The notes under the pieces are model-generated. The model saw only the letters and a list, made by a program, of their open reading frames with translations. It was not told the DNA's origin and ran no database searches. DNA of 63,830 nucleotides, counting the filler, from Chiloscyllium plagiosum (taxonomy: Eukaryota), in assembly GCF_004010195.1 (NCBI RefSeq). It is 3 parts of one record of this genome, joined end to end, with 100 filler letters (N's around TTAATTAATTAA, not from the genome) between each part and the next. Parts side by side here need not be neighbours in the genome. Positions count along the whole stretch, not along the records: positions 24,051 to 53,836 come from NC_057712.1; 2 more parts are not named here. One strand, given 5' to 3'. The translations under genes were made by a program, and so were the position numbers. Shown here piece by piece: positions 24,174 to 37,168 of this stretch. Position 1 is the first letter of the stretch. The number at the start of each line of letters is the position of its first letter.

Positions 24174-25849
24174 CTCCTGTTCCCTGGATGCTGCCTGACC
24201 TGCTGCGCTTTTCCAGCAACACATTTTCAGCTCTGATCTCCAGCATCTGCAGACCTCACTTTCTCCTGTCTAAATTACTGTTTGACAGCTCATTCTTGTC
24301 ATGGGTCAAGTGTAACTGTTGTCGTCTTAAAACTATCTCTCCTTTAGCATCCCTAATGTGTTCCCAAAAAAGGATGAACCAAACAAAAATGAGAAATGAA
24401 AATTGCTTTGCTATTAAGAAACATATAATAAGCTTGGTTATGTCCCTGACCTGTTTAATGTATTTTGACAAGGCTAAATATGTTTGTAGCTTTGTCCATC
24501 CAATAAAACGATCTTGTGTACGGCTGGATTCTTGAAAATGAAGAAGAGGAAGGACCCTGTAAAATCATGGCTGCCTAATTGGCCCAAAATTCCTCCTTCT
24601 ACTTGTCCTGTCATTGACAGTTTAATGATTGAAAACCCCCAACTGCTTAAATAAAACCTCCCTTTGCCCAGATTTCAAAATACTTTGAAATCTTAAAAAC
24701 ATAAATCTGCATGTGCTAGGCATGATAGATTCTTTAAATGTTTTTTTCATTATATAGACTTTCTTCCTTGATTTGTACGACTGGTTAACAATTGAGAACC
24801 TTGGAGCCTGCAAGATGATTCCGGTTAGAGTACTGACTTCAAGTATTTTATTCCATTACCATTTATATTCTCAGCAAACTGCAGTGAAGCTTCATATCTT
24901 CAAGTTCAGGTGAAGCACAGCCAATGTTGAAAAGAAAAGCATGGAATTATAAACTCATGTGGCTCCAATGTGTTCCGTAGACTGTGACTGAACATACATA
25001 ATTACTAAAAACAGTCCTTGACCTGAGCACAGTACCCTTGTTAGAATGAAAATGGATATGGTGTTATTCCAGTAAGTTTTCAAACCGGACTGAAACAGAA
25101 TGCATTATTACAGCTTACTTTAATGGGGATTATCTGTAAAATCAAAAGGACTTAGTTGACTGGGGCAATTGGTAGTGGCATTTACTATTAGCTACAGCTT
25201 TCAAGTCAGGAAGAAGAAATATTGTTACAATGTGGAGAACCAACTCAGCCTCTCTACCTCTGTTTTCACAATGCAGTAAAATTAAGACCTTCAAAGACCC
25301 TTAAAATATTAACCCCAATGGTTCCTAGCGAGACTTTTTGGCTAACTAATCCCAGACTTTGCAAAAAATCAATTCCTGGAACTGGTCTCTGGCTTTAACA
25401 AAAGACTTAGCTATTTATTAACAATAGTAACTTGAGTAGAACAAACTTAAACAAGGAAGTAATCTAATGTGTCCATGCTACAAACCCAAAAACCTTTGTT
25501 TTGAGCCCTATTCACACAAAAGATAGACAGACAAACAAACTTCCTTCCAAGGGTGGGCAGGGAGTTTTCAAGTTTTCATGCTGTAGTATCAATAGCCAGG
25601 TTGATTCTCCCAAAAAACACATAGTGCAAAACCAAATTCAAGCTCTTTACCACTCCTTGACAGGCAGACCATCTATTCCATGAGGTCACAGTTACCATTC
25701 AACATCTGCCATCTGCTTGATTATAAGATCTTTTTCCGATTTGCTGGAACCAATTTCCAGGTACTGACCTTATTAATAACCAATGTCTCCATAATTCTTT
25801 TCAGAGATATCACTACTTCAGACTAACCATTGAAGACATTTTTCTGCAA

Positions 25850-26200
25850 CTTGCCATGGCAAAGTTCTTTACCACCCTAGAAGTGTAGGATGTATAAAGA
25901 CAAGAAATTAGATGAAAGTAGCAGTTTCCCAATTACATTTTGTACTCCACAGCGAGGTACAGAAGGTCGTGCATGCCTTTTGACATTTCAACTGTTCCAG
26001 AAGAGTGTCAACACATATAACATGATATATTTAGTGGTCTTCCCAGAGTGCAAGTGACCATAGATGATCTGCTTGTCTATGAGTAAGGGGATGACATGGA
26101 AAAAGTCATTATAGGTTACGCTCAGGATCTGGAGTGCATGCTAGAGAGGCCTTGTCCAATGAACGTGAAGGTCAGAGAAGGAAAGACATCGCAAGAACAA
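25850..26200 (+). pseudogene. Gypsy reverse transcriptase remnant
   Basis: ITFCTP..RYR...MPFDISTVPEECQ..IFSGLPRVQVTIDDLLVY across frameshifts. Confidence 0.7.
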
Positions 26201-29136
26201 ACATGTAGCAATCAAGTAGCGAATGATGACTTGCATGTGTACCATTAGAAAACCTGAATTATTTAAAGATTATGTTTGTAATTCATATGCAGAGACTGAC
26301 AAAAGTGGGTCAGAATGTAATGAAGGCTCTGTGTTTGTTTGTGAATAATAATTTTCTTTATTGACTACATACATTGAATAACTTGCAGTTGCAAGTAATA
26401 AACATGTTTTTGTATCAAGGAGTTTGTTTGGAGAGTGTATTTGTGAGGACACTGGACACTTTGACTTGCCATAATCATGAGATCTTTGTTGAAGTGCTTG
26501 CAAATCTGAAAGAGAGTACATTAGATTGTTTGTGTTGTCTGCTGTAATCCCATTGTGCTTATTGGAAATGTTCTGCCCTGCTCCTTTAAGTCACGCTTAG
26601 ATTCTCCTTCATACAGCTCCTAATCTTTACCCTTCTCTGTCTCTCTTTTCCACTTTCAATTATGTGCACGTAACTCTACGCTCCAAATGTCTGAATTCCA
26701 CTTTGAATTTTTGACTATGTAAAATTTGTCACTTGTAGTATTCAGAGGAGTTTAATCTCTTTAAAACAGCCACAAGGAACTATTTTGCTTGAACAATACT
26801 GAGTAGTAGGACTCTGGGTTTTGTCATTCGCTTACACATGTGGAAAAGCTAAAACTGATCCAAAACATTAAACTTGCCCTAGCAAAGTATAGTTCGTAAG
26901 GTTTTCAGTTATAACTACAATTTTCAACATTCAGCTGTCTAAATCTGACAGAGCAATAAAGCATTGCATTGGGAAGGATCATTTATTTTGCGCACGTCCA
27001 ATTATATCATTGACAAGCTGTGTACTGCATCCAAACATATCACTATGCTACTTCATAATAGTTCTGACTGTTAGCTGCTCAGCAAATCTTTAACAGATGT
27101 TGTGATTAAGTATCCTTGTAGCTGAATAACCTAAGGTAACATAAAATAATCTTTTTTTGTATGCCAATGGTTCTTAAATACAGCACCATATATTCATTCC
27201 TCTGTGAAAAAAAGTTAGCTATATAATGATTAACTCACTGAAACAATCGCTTCGGCAGCTTAACAAACAGGGAGATTGACAGCCAGCACAATGTGTGAAA
27301 GATGTATTGCTCAGCATTTCATTTGGAACTCAAAGTGACTGGAACTTCAGTTACTCTCTCGACTCACTGAAGTGAAACTACTCTGATTCAAAATAATGCT
27401 TGCCTTGGGAAAATGTTGAAGACATCTGCACTATTTGACAAAATGTAACATCATGGACTGAGGAGATGTACACCAGCCAACATATGCTGACCATTGTAAT
27501 TAGTTTGTGGTTTGATACTTAAAACTGAGTGATTAACTAATCTTGATTTCCACTAATTACAGCAACATCTCTTCATTAAAGATCTTGCATAATCACCTTG
27601 AACATTAAATTCACAAACTACTCTCAAAGTCAGTCAGTAACATTGCTGATTGGCATGTATCTGCACTCAAGATAGCTGAATCTACAGGTACGTATACATA
27701 TATCTGTTTCATGGTGTTAAATGTAGTTGAAAATGGACCTGGAGAAGGGGTTTGATTTTAAAATCGTTCGCTGTCTAGCCTGGTGATGTTACTTATTAAT
27801 AAAACAGGCCAGTTTCTGCTTTATCATGCTACCCCTGTGCTGTTTCAGTTGTAACTCTACAGCAAATGCTGTATAAGTGCATGCATTATTAATCTGATTA
27901 TTTAATATTATTTAATCTGAGAGAAGTCTCCATAAGGGAAACAGTCCTGTTAAAATTAACCTTGTTACAACCAATCAATGGAGCAGGGCACTTCATCCCT
28001 GTTGGGTACAGTGGTAGAGGAAAACAAAGAGTGCACCTTAACAGGAATGACATTTATTGCATGATAGTAATAAACTCACGTAGGAGTTGGACAATCATGG
28101 CAACCCATTTGGAACTGTAACAAATTGGGGAACTTTGCCTGGAGACTGGTAACAAAGCTTAATTTTGGAGACTGCATTAAGTTACACCCAATCTCATGAT
28201 ACCTTTGAGGAGCTGGGTGAGGAAAAGGCAGGACCTCTTAGACATGTTATGCAAGGTCTCTTCATTCTAATCTAACTTGTACTTAATTACTATCATGCAA
28301 TAAATGCTATCCATGTTAAGATGCACTCATTAGTTTCCTCTATCACTGTATCCTAACCAAGTAGGCCCTTAGACACAGTCAAGGAAAGAGGTTGGTGGCA
28401 GAAATCTATACAAGCTACGCGCTGCTTGACATCATAGCACATAGCACATTTATAATTTTAAATATCTAATTGGATTGACCTCAGTCTTCCTGAACATGTG
28501 AGAATGTAAGCCATTATGAAGCTTGCAAACTGTCTTCAAAATTGAACCTTTAAAGCCCTTGGTCATTCCTCTAAATATTATCTTAACCTTCAAAAGCTAT
28601 CTTTCCTGAGATTCATTACCCTAAACCGAATGTTAATAATTTTGATGAGTTCTGACCAAAACTTTGTGCGATTTAAGTATCATGTTTTTGAATTCCTGCT
28701 CCAGTAAATTAAATCTCAAAATTCCACAAAACCTTTCGAATATTTTTGTACCTGTGTACCAGCTTTCAGTGATTTACGTTTCTGATGCCTGAATCCCATT
28801 ACATCTCCAAAGTATCTTATCTGTTATCATCAAAATTCCAATTTGTCTTTCTCAGAGTCAAAAAGACTTATGGAGTAGCATATTAGGAATTGGATGATAT
28901 TGTACAATCTTGTGATTTATCAGTGCCACCAGGTTGAAGGACACTAAGTTCACTGTGTTCAGTACTATTGGAACGTGCAGATGAAAAACATAGCAGGGAT
29001 CTGCTTCTAATGACTTCTGGCTCACTCCATCACACACTGTAATGCGAAGGAAGGCAACCATGCAAGCGCCGTGTGTTCTGAGTGAGCAGATCATGACTTC
29101 ATTGCTTGATGATGTTAATTTGGCATGTGACCTGTG

Positions 29137-30290
29137 TTATGATCGGTCCTGGGCCAGAGTCCCAAATGTGTTCTGATTCTGGTGGGAAACCCCAGGTATT
29201 TATTCTTGTTCCTTATTTAACAACGCCATTCCCCCACCAAACCTTTGGTTAGTCATGACAACATGAACTTAAAAAGAAAAGATTACCTTGCAGAGATTTT
29301 TCCTTGTTCAAAATGCATTTAAGTTTTAAAAGGAGACAAATCTATGACTATGAACCAGGCATTCTTGAGTTAAAGAAATAAATGAGTCCACTAGCTATTA
29401 AAACAAGAGAAGAGACAATAAAAACCACACACACACACACATACACACTTTCTCCCTTTCTCTCTCTCTGTCATTTGGACCTTCTTTGCTCTGTAGATAG
29501 TTGAAAGGAGTTTATCCACTTTCCTTTAATAGTGACTTTGCTGATGTTTGCTTTGATTTTGTCTTCAGGAATCAAAGAAAGAGAGACTTTATTCATTTTT
29601 ACCTGCACATGTTGGGGTGTCTAGTGGAAATTTTCTAGCACAGTGGAACCCCAACCCTAAGTTGGAAAAAGGGCATGCCAATACTCTAGTGAACAGAACC
29701 CAGGAGTTGCAGTTGTTTCTTAACCCCATTCCTTGTGTATTCCCAGAAGGGTAAAACGGAGTTTTCCACTCAGGACTGATTTTCTTTCAACTCATACCAT
29801 GCCCACAGTCTGGGACACAGCACAAAGGAGACAATTTGCTGCTGAGAGGGGCTGATCTGAAATGCTTCCTCCAAGCTGCTTGCACGCATATGGACACTAC
29901 ATTTTCACATGGCACGATGATCATCATCAGCATTGCCAATTGCAGCAATGACTTCTGGTTTTGGAGGTCACAGCCACATATGGACCTCAGAGGCCCACAT
30001 AGCCAGTAAGAAATTTAGATGGAATGCTGATATCCAGTCCCTCATGTCTCTGTCTCCGCAAGAAATCAGAGTTGAGATTTTGCAATAGCATCTCCCCCTT
30101 TTATGTGTTGCTGTTAAAGCTACACTGACACCCTTTTGGGTGTCATGATCTCTGTTTCCTCTCAGGATTTAGAATAATCTGCACAAGATATTCCTGACAG
30201 TTACTGAATTTACATTCTCAGCCATCTTTTGTTTTGTATGTTCTTTGCTTAAAAAAAAGTTTTACTTGAAAGTACAACATAACTGTAAAT
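29137..30290. mobile_element. Possible solo LTR / LTR-like repeat
   Basis: Starts TGTTATGA; shares the AAAAGGAG...CTTGAGTTAA block with 49310-49380 and 59783-59840. Confidence 0.35.
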
Positions 30291-30669
30291 AATTTGGGAT
30301 TATAAACCATTAGCGTGATTCTTTCCACCTTGAGACCTTAAAGACCTTTAATGTCTTCTCCTAAACATACAGCACTAAGCATGTGTTCAGCTATATAAAA
30401 AGTCAACTTTTGAGCCTGAAGAATTGATTTTAATAGAGCTCTTTAATATTTAAATTGGATGTTCATCTCTACTCGATGAGAACCTTCTCTTTTTTGGATC
30501 CTCTTACTGGAAAATGAGTGATAGAGACTTATCAGGGAGCTCCACAGATGTGGCTGACCATGAAGTTCCTGACCAACCCCACATCTGGTACACTGTAGCC
30601 GCTCCAATAAGCAGGATTTTACAAAGTGCTCTGAAGTCAGTTTGATTAATGGACTGAAATAACAATACA

Positions 30670-30758
30670 GGTGATGAAGGACTTTTACCCGAAATGTCGA
30701 TTTTCCTGCTCCTCGGATGCTGCCTGAACTGTTGTGCTTTTCCAGCACCACTCTAATC
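30670..30758 (+). mobile_element. 89-bp hammerhead mini-PLE
   Basis: 16-bp TSD CTGAAATAA[CA/TG]ATACA (30654-30669 / 30759-30774); starts G-GTGATGA-A-GGAC-TTTT-ACCC-GAAA-TGTC. Confidence 0.75.
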
Positions 30759-31776
30759 CTGAAATAATGATACACACAGGCATGTAATAAATCTTGAACA
30801 TGTGAGTAACTTTATAAATGAATAGACTGTCAGGTGAAGTAATCCAGAATGCCTCTCACTATGTTAACAGTTGGGCATTTGTAAGTAGGTCATAATTAGT
30901 AGGTAAATATAATTTGCTGGTATGATTCTAAACTTTACCCTGACGAGCTGGGTGGGAAACCCAAGTGCTGGAATGGAATTCTTGTTTTACAACCATCCCA
31001 TTGTTATATGGAGAGCGAAATGTGAGTGAGGTGTAGAAATCAGCGTGGCACTTCATCTCAGGAATTTTGTGACTAGAGGATGAGCCTAATATTGAGCTTC
31101 TCGGTTTCAGGTTCTGTGATGGATCATTCTGAGGACCTGCACCAGCACAAGTTGCAAGTATATTGTCACCTTTAGGGGAGAAAAAACTGGTTATGTAGCA
31201 CAATTATTTACTTTCTAGCCTTAAAGAAATAAATCCAAGAGACACATCACAAAACAAATACATTTTGAAGGACAGAGACTGTGAAGCTGTATTTATCCTG
31301 ATTATTGTTGTCACCTCATTTTCAATCACCACCTGTGCACATGACATTGAGGTCACTCTGAAGTACACTGTTGAACTAAACACACGGATTGATAGATTTG
31401 CAATTCTTCTCTTGGTATTTCATGGCCTCAGCCCATTGAAGACCTCGTGTGTTGAAGGTTGGGTTTTCAGAATGCATTTATCATTATCCCAGATTTATTT
31501 ATCAGGCAAAAGGAGGGCTGGAGCTCAGTCCAAATATTGTCATCTTGTGCAGGTCTCTGCTCGCTTAATTGCCGATGTGTTGCTACTACGTGTCATGTCA
31601 TGCAAGCAGGATAAATGTTCTTCTGAGAATACAGGAGAAGATATTGCTTCCATGCTCTGATTGAAAAATTTGACTAATGCTTTCTGCAGTGGCACTAATA
31701 CTGTCAGGTTTGTTGAAGGTTTAAACTGTTATGTCATCCAGACCCCGCAGAAATTTTTTAGCACAACCTTATGAAG

Positions 31777-31979
31777 TTAAACAAATCACACAACACGAGG
31801 TTATAGTCCAACAGGTTTATTTGGAAGCACTAGCTTTCGGACCACTACTCCTTCATCCTTGACTTGATGAAGGAGTACTGCTCTGAAAGCGAGTGCTTCC
31901 AAATAAACCTGTTGGACTATAACCTCGTGTTGTGTGATTTTTATCTTTATACACTTTAGTCCAACACCGGCGCCTCCAG
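31777..31979 (+). mobile_element. Palindromic hammerhead mini-PLE (family B)
   Basis: Inverted arms of ~75 bp around ~31860; TSD AAC[C/T]TTATGAAG (31765-31776 / 31980-31991); matches the pLTR of the 33688-37259 element. Confidence 0.8.
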
Positions 31980-33735
31980 AACTTTATGAAGGATTCAGTG
32001 CTTTACACTGTAAATTCTAAGCTGATTGAATCAAAAGATATAGATTTTTACATTTTCTTTCTCTATAGGCATCAATTGGTTGGAACAAAATACAAATTAG
32101 CATTATATTCTGCTAATATAAAAAGAACCAATCAAAAGATATTGAAGTCCTGATGTGAAACACTGTTGTAAATTCTAAATGTGGGGGTCTGAAACAGATG
32201 ATGACCCAATCAGCGTGAGGCCTGAGTGATTGTAACAACAACTGGCCTCTTTTTAATGTTCCCACACAAAGTCCTGCTCCAAGATGGCTGAAAGGTTGGC
32301 AGGCAGAGGGTGCAGGTAACTAGGCCACTGTGGGCCATTACTAGGGCCTGGGTAAGAGAATCGCCGCAGGCTAAGTGAGGGAGCTGAGACAATTCTGGAC
32401 AATTGCAGTCTCGAGAAGAGGCAAGAAGCAACAGATTGAGGAGGCCAAGGATTTCCTGGTTGGGTCTGCGGAGTCACTACTGCTATAAACAGCCCACATG
32501 GAACCATAGAAAACTTAGAAGAATTAAAATTTACGTTGGTGTCTTCAGTGCTGCTGGCCACCAGCGACTATAAACAGCTCCAGACTGTGTGGACTACTGT
32601 ACACATTAGGGGCTAACTGTTCCTGTGGGCATTGGGATAATATCCACTATTTTTCATGAGGCAGGCTCCTTTAGTTGGTGTGGATTTCTGGTGGCTTTTA
32701 TTTACGGTTGTGACTCAGCAAAGACTGAACTGGTCCAGAACAGAAGGATGGGTAACGTGTTTTTTTAAGACTTTATTGTAATGTGTACTCAAGTACAAAG
32801 GTACAGGAGCACAGTGAAGTTTTCAATGTCTCCACAAATGACTCCACCCTAGGCACAAATACACAAGTAGAAAAACTTATGAACAAGGTAGAATGAAATA
32901 AGGAGAAAAATGAAAACTTAAACATTACAGTCCTTCTTAGTATTAAGTGAGAAAATAAAGAAATAAAGCTAAAAGCTCAACCACTGCAGTCTTTCTTAAT
33001 TGCTTAGCCATGCTGGGACTGCTCTTCCTACAAAAGCTCAATCTCCTCTGCTTGTGGGACTGTGTGGACACTTAGAACTTGGGCATCGAGAGTTGCATTT
33101 ATAGGAACTGAAGATTGGATGTCCAGAACATGGATGCTTTACCCCGATTCTATCTTCCTGCTGCTGTCCTGCTTCTCCTCCCCATTTTCAACATCCTCTT
33201 GGCTACTTAGCTGACAGACATTAGCTGGAACACTGAAGGACTGGTAATAGTGAATAGACTAACATGGTCAGGCTGAGAGGAGAGAAAGTTTAGGTCCGCA
33301 ATTGAACCGTTGCTGTCCTCTTTCACCCTTGCGGTGCCTGCTGCAGGTTAATTACATATCACCTTCAAGAAGTCCAGGTTGATTTGAAGTAGCCCAGGCT
33401 AATTTTAAGTGAAGCTTACATGAACAAAGGATTCCAGTTGAGATGTGTAACAGTTCAACAGCAGGTTTAATACTGGGCTGCACACCCCAACCATTTAAAT
33501 TACTGGGCAGGACAAAATTCCTGTAAGTTAAATAGCTGGTGACCACTTTTCTGGTTTTCAATGATCATTGGATTTTAAACCCAATATAAATTACCAACCA
33601 AAAAAAATTCTAAACAGTGTGGGAGTTATTTTGCTACTTCGATGTAAAGTGTCTACTTTACTTAAGTTAAGTAAAATAGTATAAGTTAAGTTATAGTCCA
33701 ACTATAAGTTATAGTCCAACAGGTTTATTTGGAAG

Positions 33736-33770
33736 CACTAGCTTTCGGAGTGCTGCTCCTTCAACAGGTG
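33736..33770 (-). ncRNA. Hammerhead motif, family B (core mutated to CTGTTGA)
   Basis: Reverse complement CAC-CTGTTGA-A-GGAG-CAGCA-CTCC-GAAA-GCTA-GTG. Confidence 0.55.
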
Positions 33771-34339
33771 GTTGTGTAGTACAAGATCTTAAGACACAGA
33801 ATTTATAGCAAAAGTTTACAGTGAGATGTATCTGAAATTATATATTGAAGAAGACCTGGATTGTTTGTTAAGACTGTCATCTTTTAGAATGAGCATGTTG
33901 GTTTCAGTTTTTTCATGCGTAAATCGCAAAACTTTTTTAAAGTTACATTCTCAAGTGAACTTGAACAATTGGTGTCATGTCGGTCCAGGTAATGTTTTTA
34001 AGGTGTGAGGTGCCCTGTGTGAGACTGTCTGTGCCACAATGTTTAGTCTGATTCTAATCTAAAAAACAAATTTACAGAATCTTACATGGAGTGTATGTGT
34101 GCGTGTATGAGAGAGAGAGTGTGTGTTTGTGTGTGTGTGTGTCAATGTCCATCTGTGTGTGTGTGTTTAGTGCAGTGGGGTCACCTGTAGTGTGACATGA
34201 ACCCAAGGTCCAGGTTGAGGCCATTCCCATGGGTACCGAACTTGGCTACTAGCCCCTGCTTGGCCACTTTGAATTGTTGCCTGTCCTGAAGTCCGCCTTG
34301 GTGGATGGTCACCTGAAGGTCTGAGGTTGAATGTTCCAG

Positions 34340-36301
34340 ACATTCATCACAGGGATCCATAGAGGAGCGACCATAAAAGGAGTCAACTTTGACCCCACTG
34401 GAAGGCCACTGCCCTGGGCTTGACATGCGTGTTCAAGCTGTCAGGAAATATAAAAATGCCAGATTCATCAGCCATACCCACAAAGTAGAGCAAAATATCA
34501 CCTGATCACAGTGCAACACCATCATGCTCTCAAAACTAATCACAACATTGTCATCAAGCCAGCAGATAAAGGAGGAGCCATCGTCATTCAGAATAGAATG
34601 GATTACTGCAAGGAAGTGTACAACAACTGAACAACCAGGAACATTACAGGCAACTATTGGCCGATCCGACCAAAGCGCACACCCATGAACTACTCACATC
34701 GATCAGGACTTTGGATCCAGTCCTTTGGAGTTCCCTACGCGTCCTCATCCCACATACTTGTTGCGTAGGTGACTTTTACAACCTTCCAAAGATACACAAA
34801 GCCAACACATCAGGACATCCAGTCTTATCAGGCAATGGGATCCCGTGTGAGAACTTCTCTGGCTATGTCGAACGCATCTTGGAATCCATTGTACAGGGGA
34901 CCCCAAGCTGCTGTCGTGTCAAGACAGATTTCTTACAGAAACTCAGCACCCACAGCCTAGTTGAACCAGGAACATTCCTCAGCACAATGGATGTTTCAGC
35001 ACTCGACACCAGCATCCCCCACAATGACGGTGTCACGGCAACAGCCTCAATACTGAACACCAACAACTGCCAATCTCCAAGCACCACCCTACAGTTCATC
35101 TCCTTTATTGTCGACCATAACATTTTCACCTTTGACAACCAGTTCTTCATCCAGACACACGGAACAGCCATGGGGACCAAATTTGCACCGCAATATGCCA
35201 ACATCTTCATGCACAGGTTTGAACAAGACTTCTTTATGCATGACCTCCAACCAACACCATACACTAGATACATTGACAACATTTTCTTCCTCTGGACCCA
35301 TGGCGAAGTGTCACTGAAAAAAACTACACAGTGATATCAATGAGTTTCATCCTATCACCAAACTCACCATGGACTACTCTATACTATCTGCCTCATTCTT
35401 GGACACACTCATCTCCATCAAGGATGGGCACCTCAGTACCTCACTCTACCGCAAACCCACGGATAACCTCATGATGCTATACTGCTCCAGCTTCCACCTG
35501 AAACATATTAAAACAACCATCCCCTACAGGCAAGCCCTATGCATACACAGCATCTGTTGAGATGAGGAGGAATGTGACGGGCACCTCGAAGTACTCAAGG
35601 ATGCCCTCATAAGAATGGGGTAGATTGCTCAACTCATCGACCACCAGTTCTGATGTGCCACAGCAAGGAACCGTAATGACCTCCTCAGGAGGCAAACACG
35701 AGCTGCAACTGACAGGGTACCCTTCGTTGTCCAGCACTTTCCAGGAGCTGAAAAACTCCGCTATGTTCTTTGCAGCCTGCAACACATTATTAATCAGGAA
35801 AAGCACCTTGCCAAGACATTCCCCTCCAACACCTCCACTGCTCGCCTTTAAACAACCATCAAACAGATCATTGTATGTAGCAAACTGCCCGGCTTTCAGG
35901 ACAACACCATACAACCTTGTCACGGTAGGCGTGGCAAGACATGTCAGAATATCAAGACGGATATCCACATTATGCCTCCCACCGTATACGTGGCAGATAC
36001 TGATGTGACTCAGCCAACGTTGTCTATCTCATAATCTGTACGTAAGGATGCCCTGAGGCATGGTACATTGGTGAGACCCGAGCAGAGACTACAGCAACGG
36101 ATGAGTGGACACCGCATAACAATCAACAGAGAGGAGTGTTCCCCCCCAGTCAGAAAACACATCAGCGGTCCAGGACATTTGACCTCGCACCTTCAGGTGA
36201 CCATTTTCCAAGGCAGACTTTGGAACAGGCAACAATGCAAGTTCAGTACCCATGGGGATGGCCTCAGCCAGGACCTTGGGTTCATGTCACACTACAGGTG
36301 A
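34340..36301 (+). pseudogene. PLE reverse transcriptase / GIY-YIG endonuclease ORF, frameshifted
   Basis: KPADKGGAIV, LPKIHK, DVSALDTSIP, GTAMG..FAP.YANIFM, RYIDNIF, LYRKPTD, Cys linker PCH..KTCQ, VVYLI..C...WYIGET, GLS/GLN. Confidence 0.9.
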
Positions 36302-36772
36302 CCCCACTGCAATACAAATACACACACACACATTGACAGATCCATACATTCACACGGACCCTCTCTGCTACACAAGCTCTCTCTCATACGTTCACACATA
36401 CACTCCCACACTCTCACGCACACACGCACCCTTTCACAGACTTATACCCCTTTACACTCACACTCACACACATACACACACTCTCTCACATACATTCCCC
36501 ACACACACATTTTGTACTTGCAGAAGTACATTTTATTTTGCTCAAAGACTGCATGAACTCATATATGATTCTGTAAATCAGACTAAACATTGTGGCACAG
36601 ACAGTCTCACACAGGGCACCTCACACTTTCAATGCATTATCTGGACCGACATGACACCAATTGTTAAAGTTCAGTTGAGAATGTAACTTAAAAAAGTTTT
36701 GCAATTTACTTATGAATGAACTGAAGCCAACATGTTAATTCTAACAGATGAGAGACTTAACAAACAATCCAG

Positions 36773-37029
36773 GACGGGGGTGGCATGGTGGCTCAGTGGT
36801 TAGCACTGCTGCCTCACAGCACCAGGGTCTCAGGTTTGATTCCAGCCTCAGGTGACTGTCGTGTCTGCGTGGGTTTCCTCCGGGTGCTCCAGTATCCTCC
36901 CACAGTCCAAAGATGTGCATGTCAGTTGAATTGGCCATGCTAAATTGTCCATAGTGTTAGGTGCATTAGTCAGAGGGAAGTGGGTTATTCTTCGGTGGGT
37001 CAGTTTGAGCCAAAGGACCTGTTTCCATA
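36773..37029 (+). mobile_element. HE1-like V-SINE inserted in the PLE 3' UTR
   Basis: GGTGGCTCAGTGGTTAGCACTGCTGCCTCACAGC head; absent from the inverted pLTR copy at 33845-33863. Confidence 0.85.
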
Positions 37030-37133
37030 CTGTAGGGAATCTAATCTAGCCTTTTTCAATATATAATTTCAGTTACATCACACTGTAAACTTTTGTTATA
37101 AATTCTGTGTCTTACGATCTTGTACTCCACAAC

Positions 37134-37168
37134 CACCTGATGAAGGAGCAGCGCTCCGATAGCTAGTG
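37134..37168 (+). ncRNA. Hammerhead motif, family B (GAAA mutated to GATA)
   Basis: CAC-CTGATGA-A-GGAGC-AGC-GCTCC-GATA-GCTA-GTG. Confidence 0.55.

Larger units (their letters stand above)
23689..24264 (+). mobile_element. Penelope-like element (family A) spanning an assembly gap
   Basis: 13-bp TSD CCTGTCTAAATTA (23676-23688 / 24265-24277); open frame from 23688 SRGLTFIP...DIEQFFCRLRLHAYFF...STWTP...LD resembles a PLE N-terminus; palindromic pLTR at 24051-24264. Confidence 0.8.

Noticed and set aside
36252..36686. His/Thr-rich or Cys/Val-rich ORFs (also 39236-39502, 55414-55821)
   Set aside because: Translations of (CA)n/(TG)n microsatellites
36781..36850. tRNA genes at SINE heads (also 23300-23371, 48430-48498, 61297)
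   Set aside because: A/B boxes continue into V-SINE body and LINE-derived tail; no complete cloverleaf
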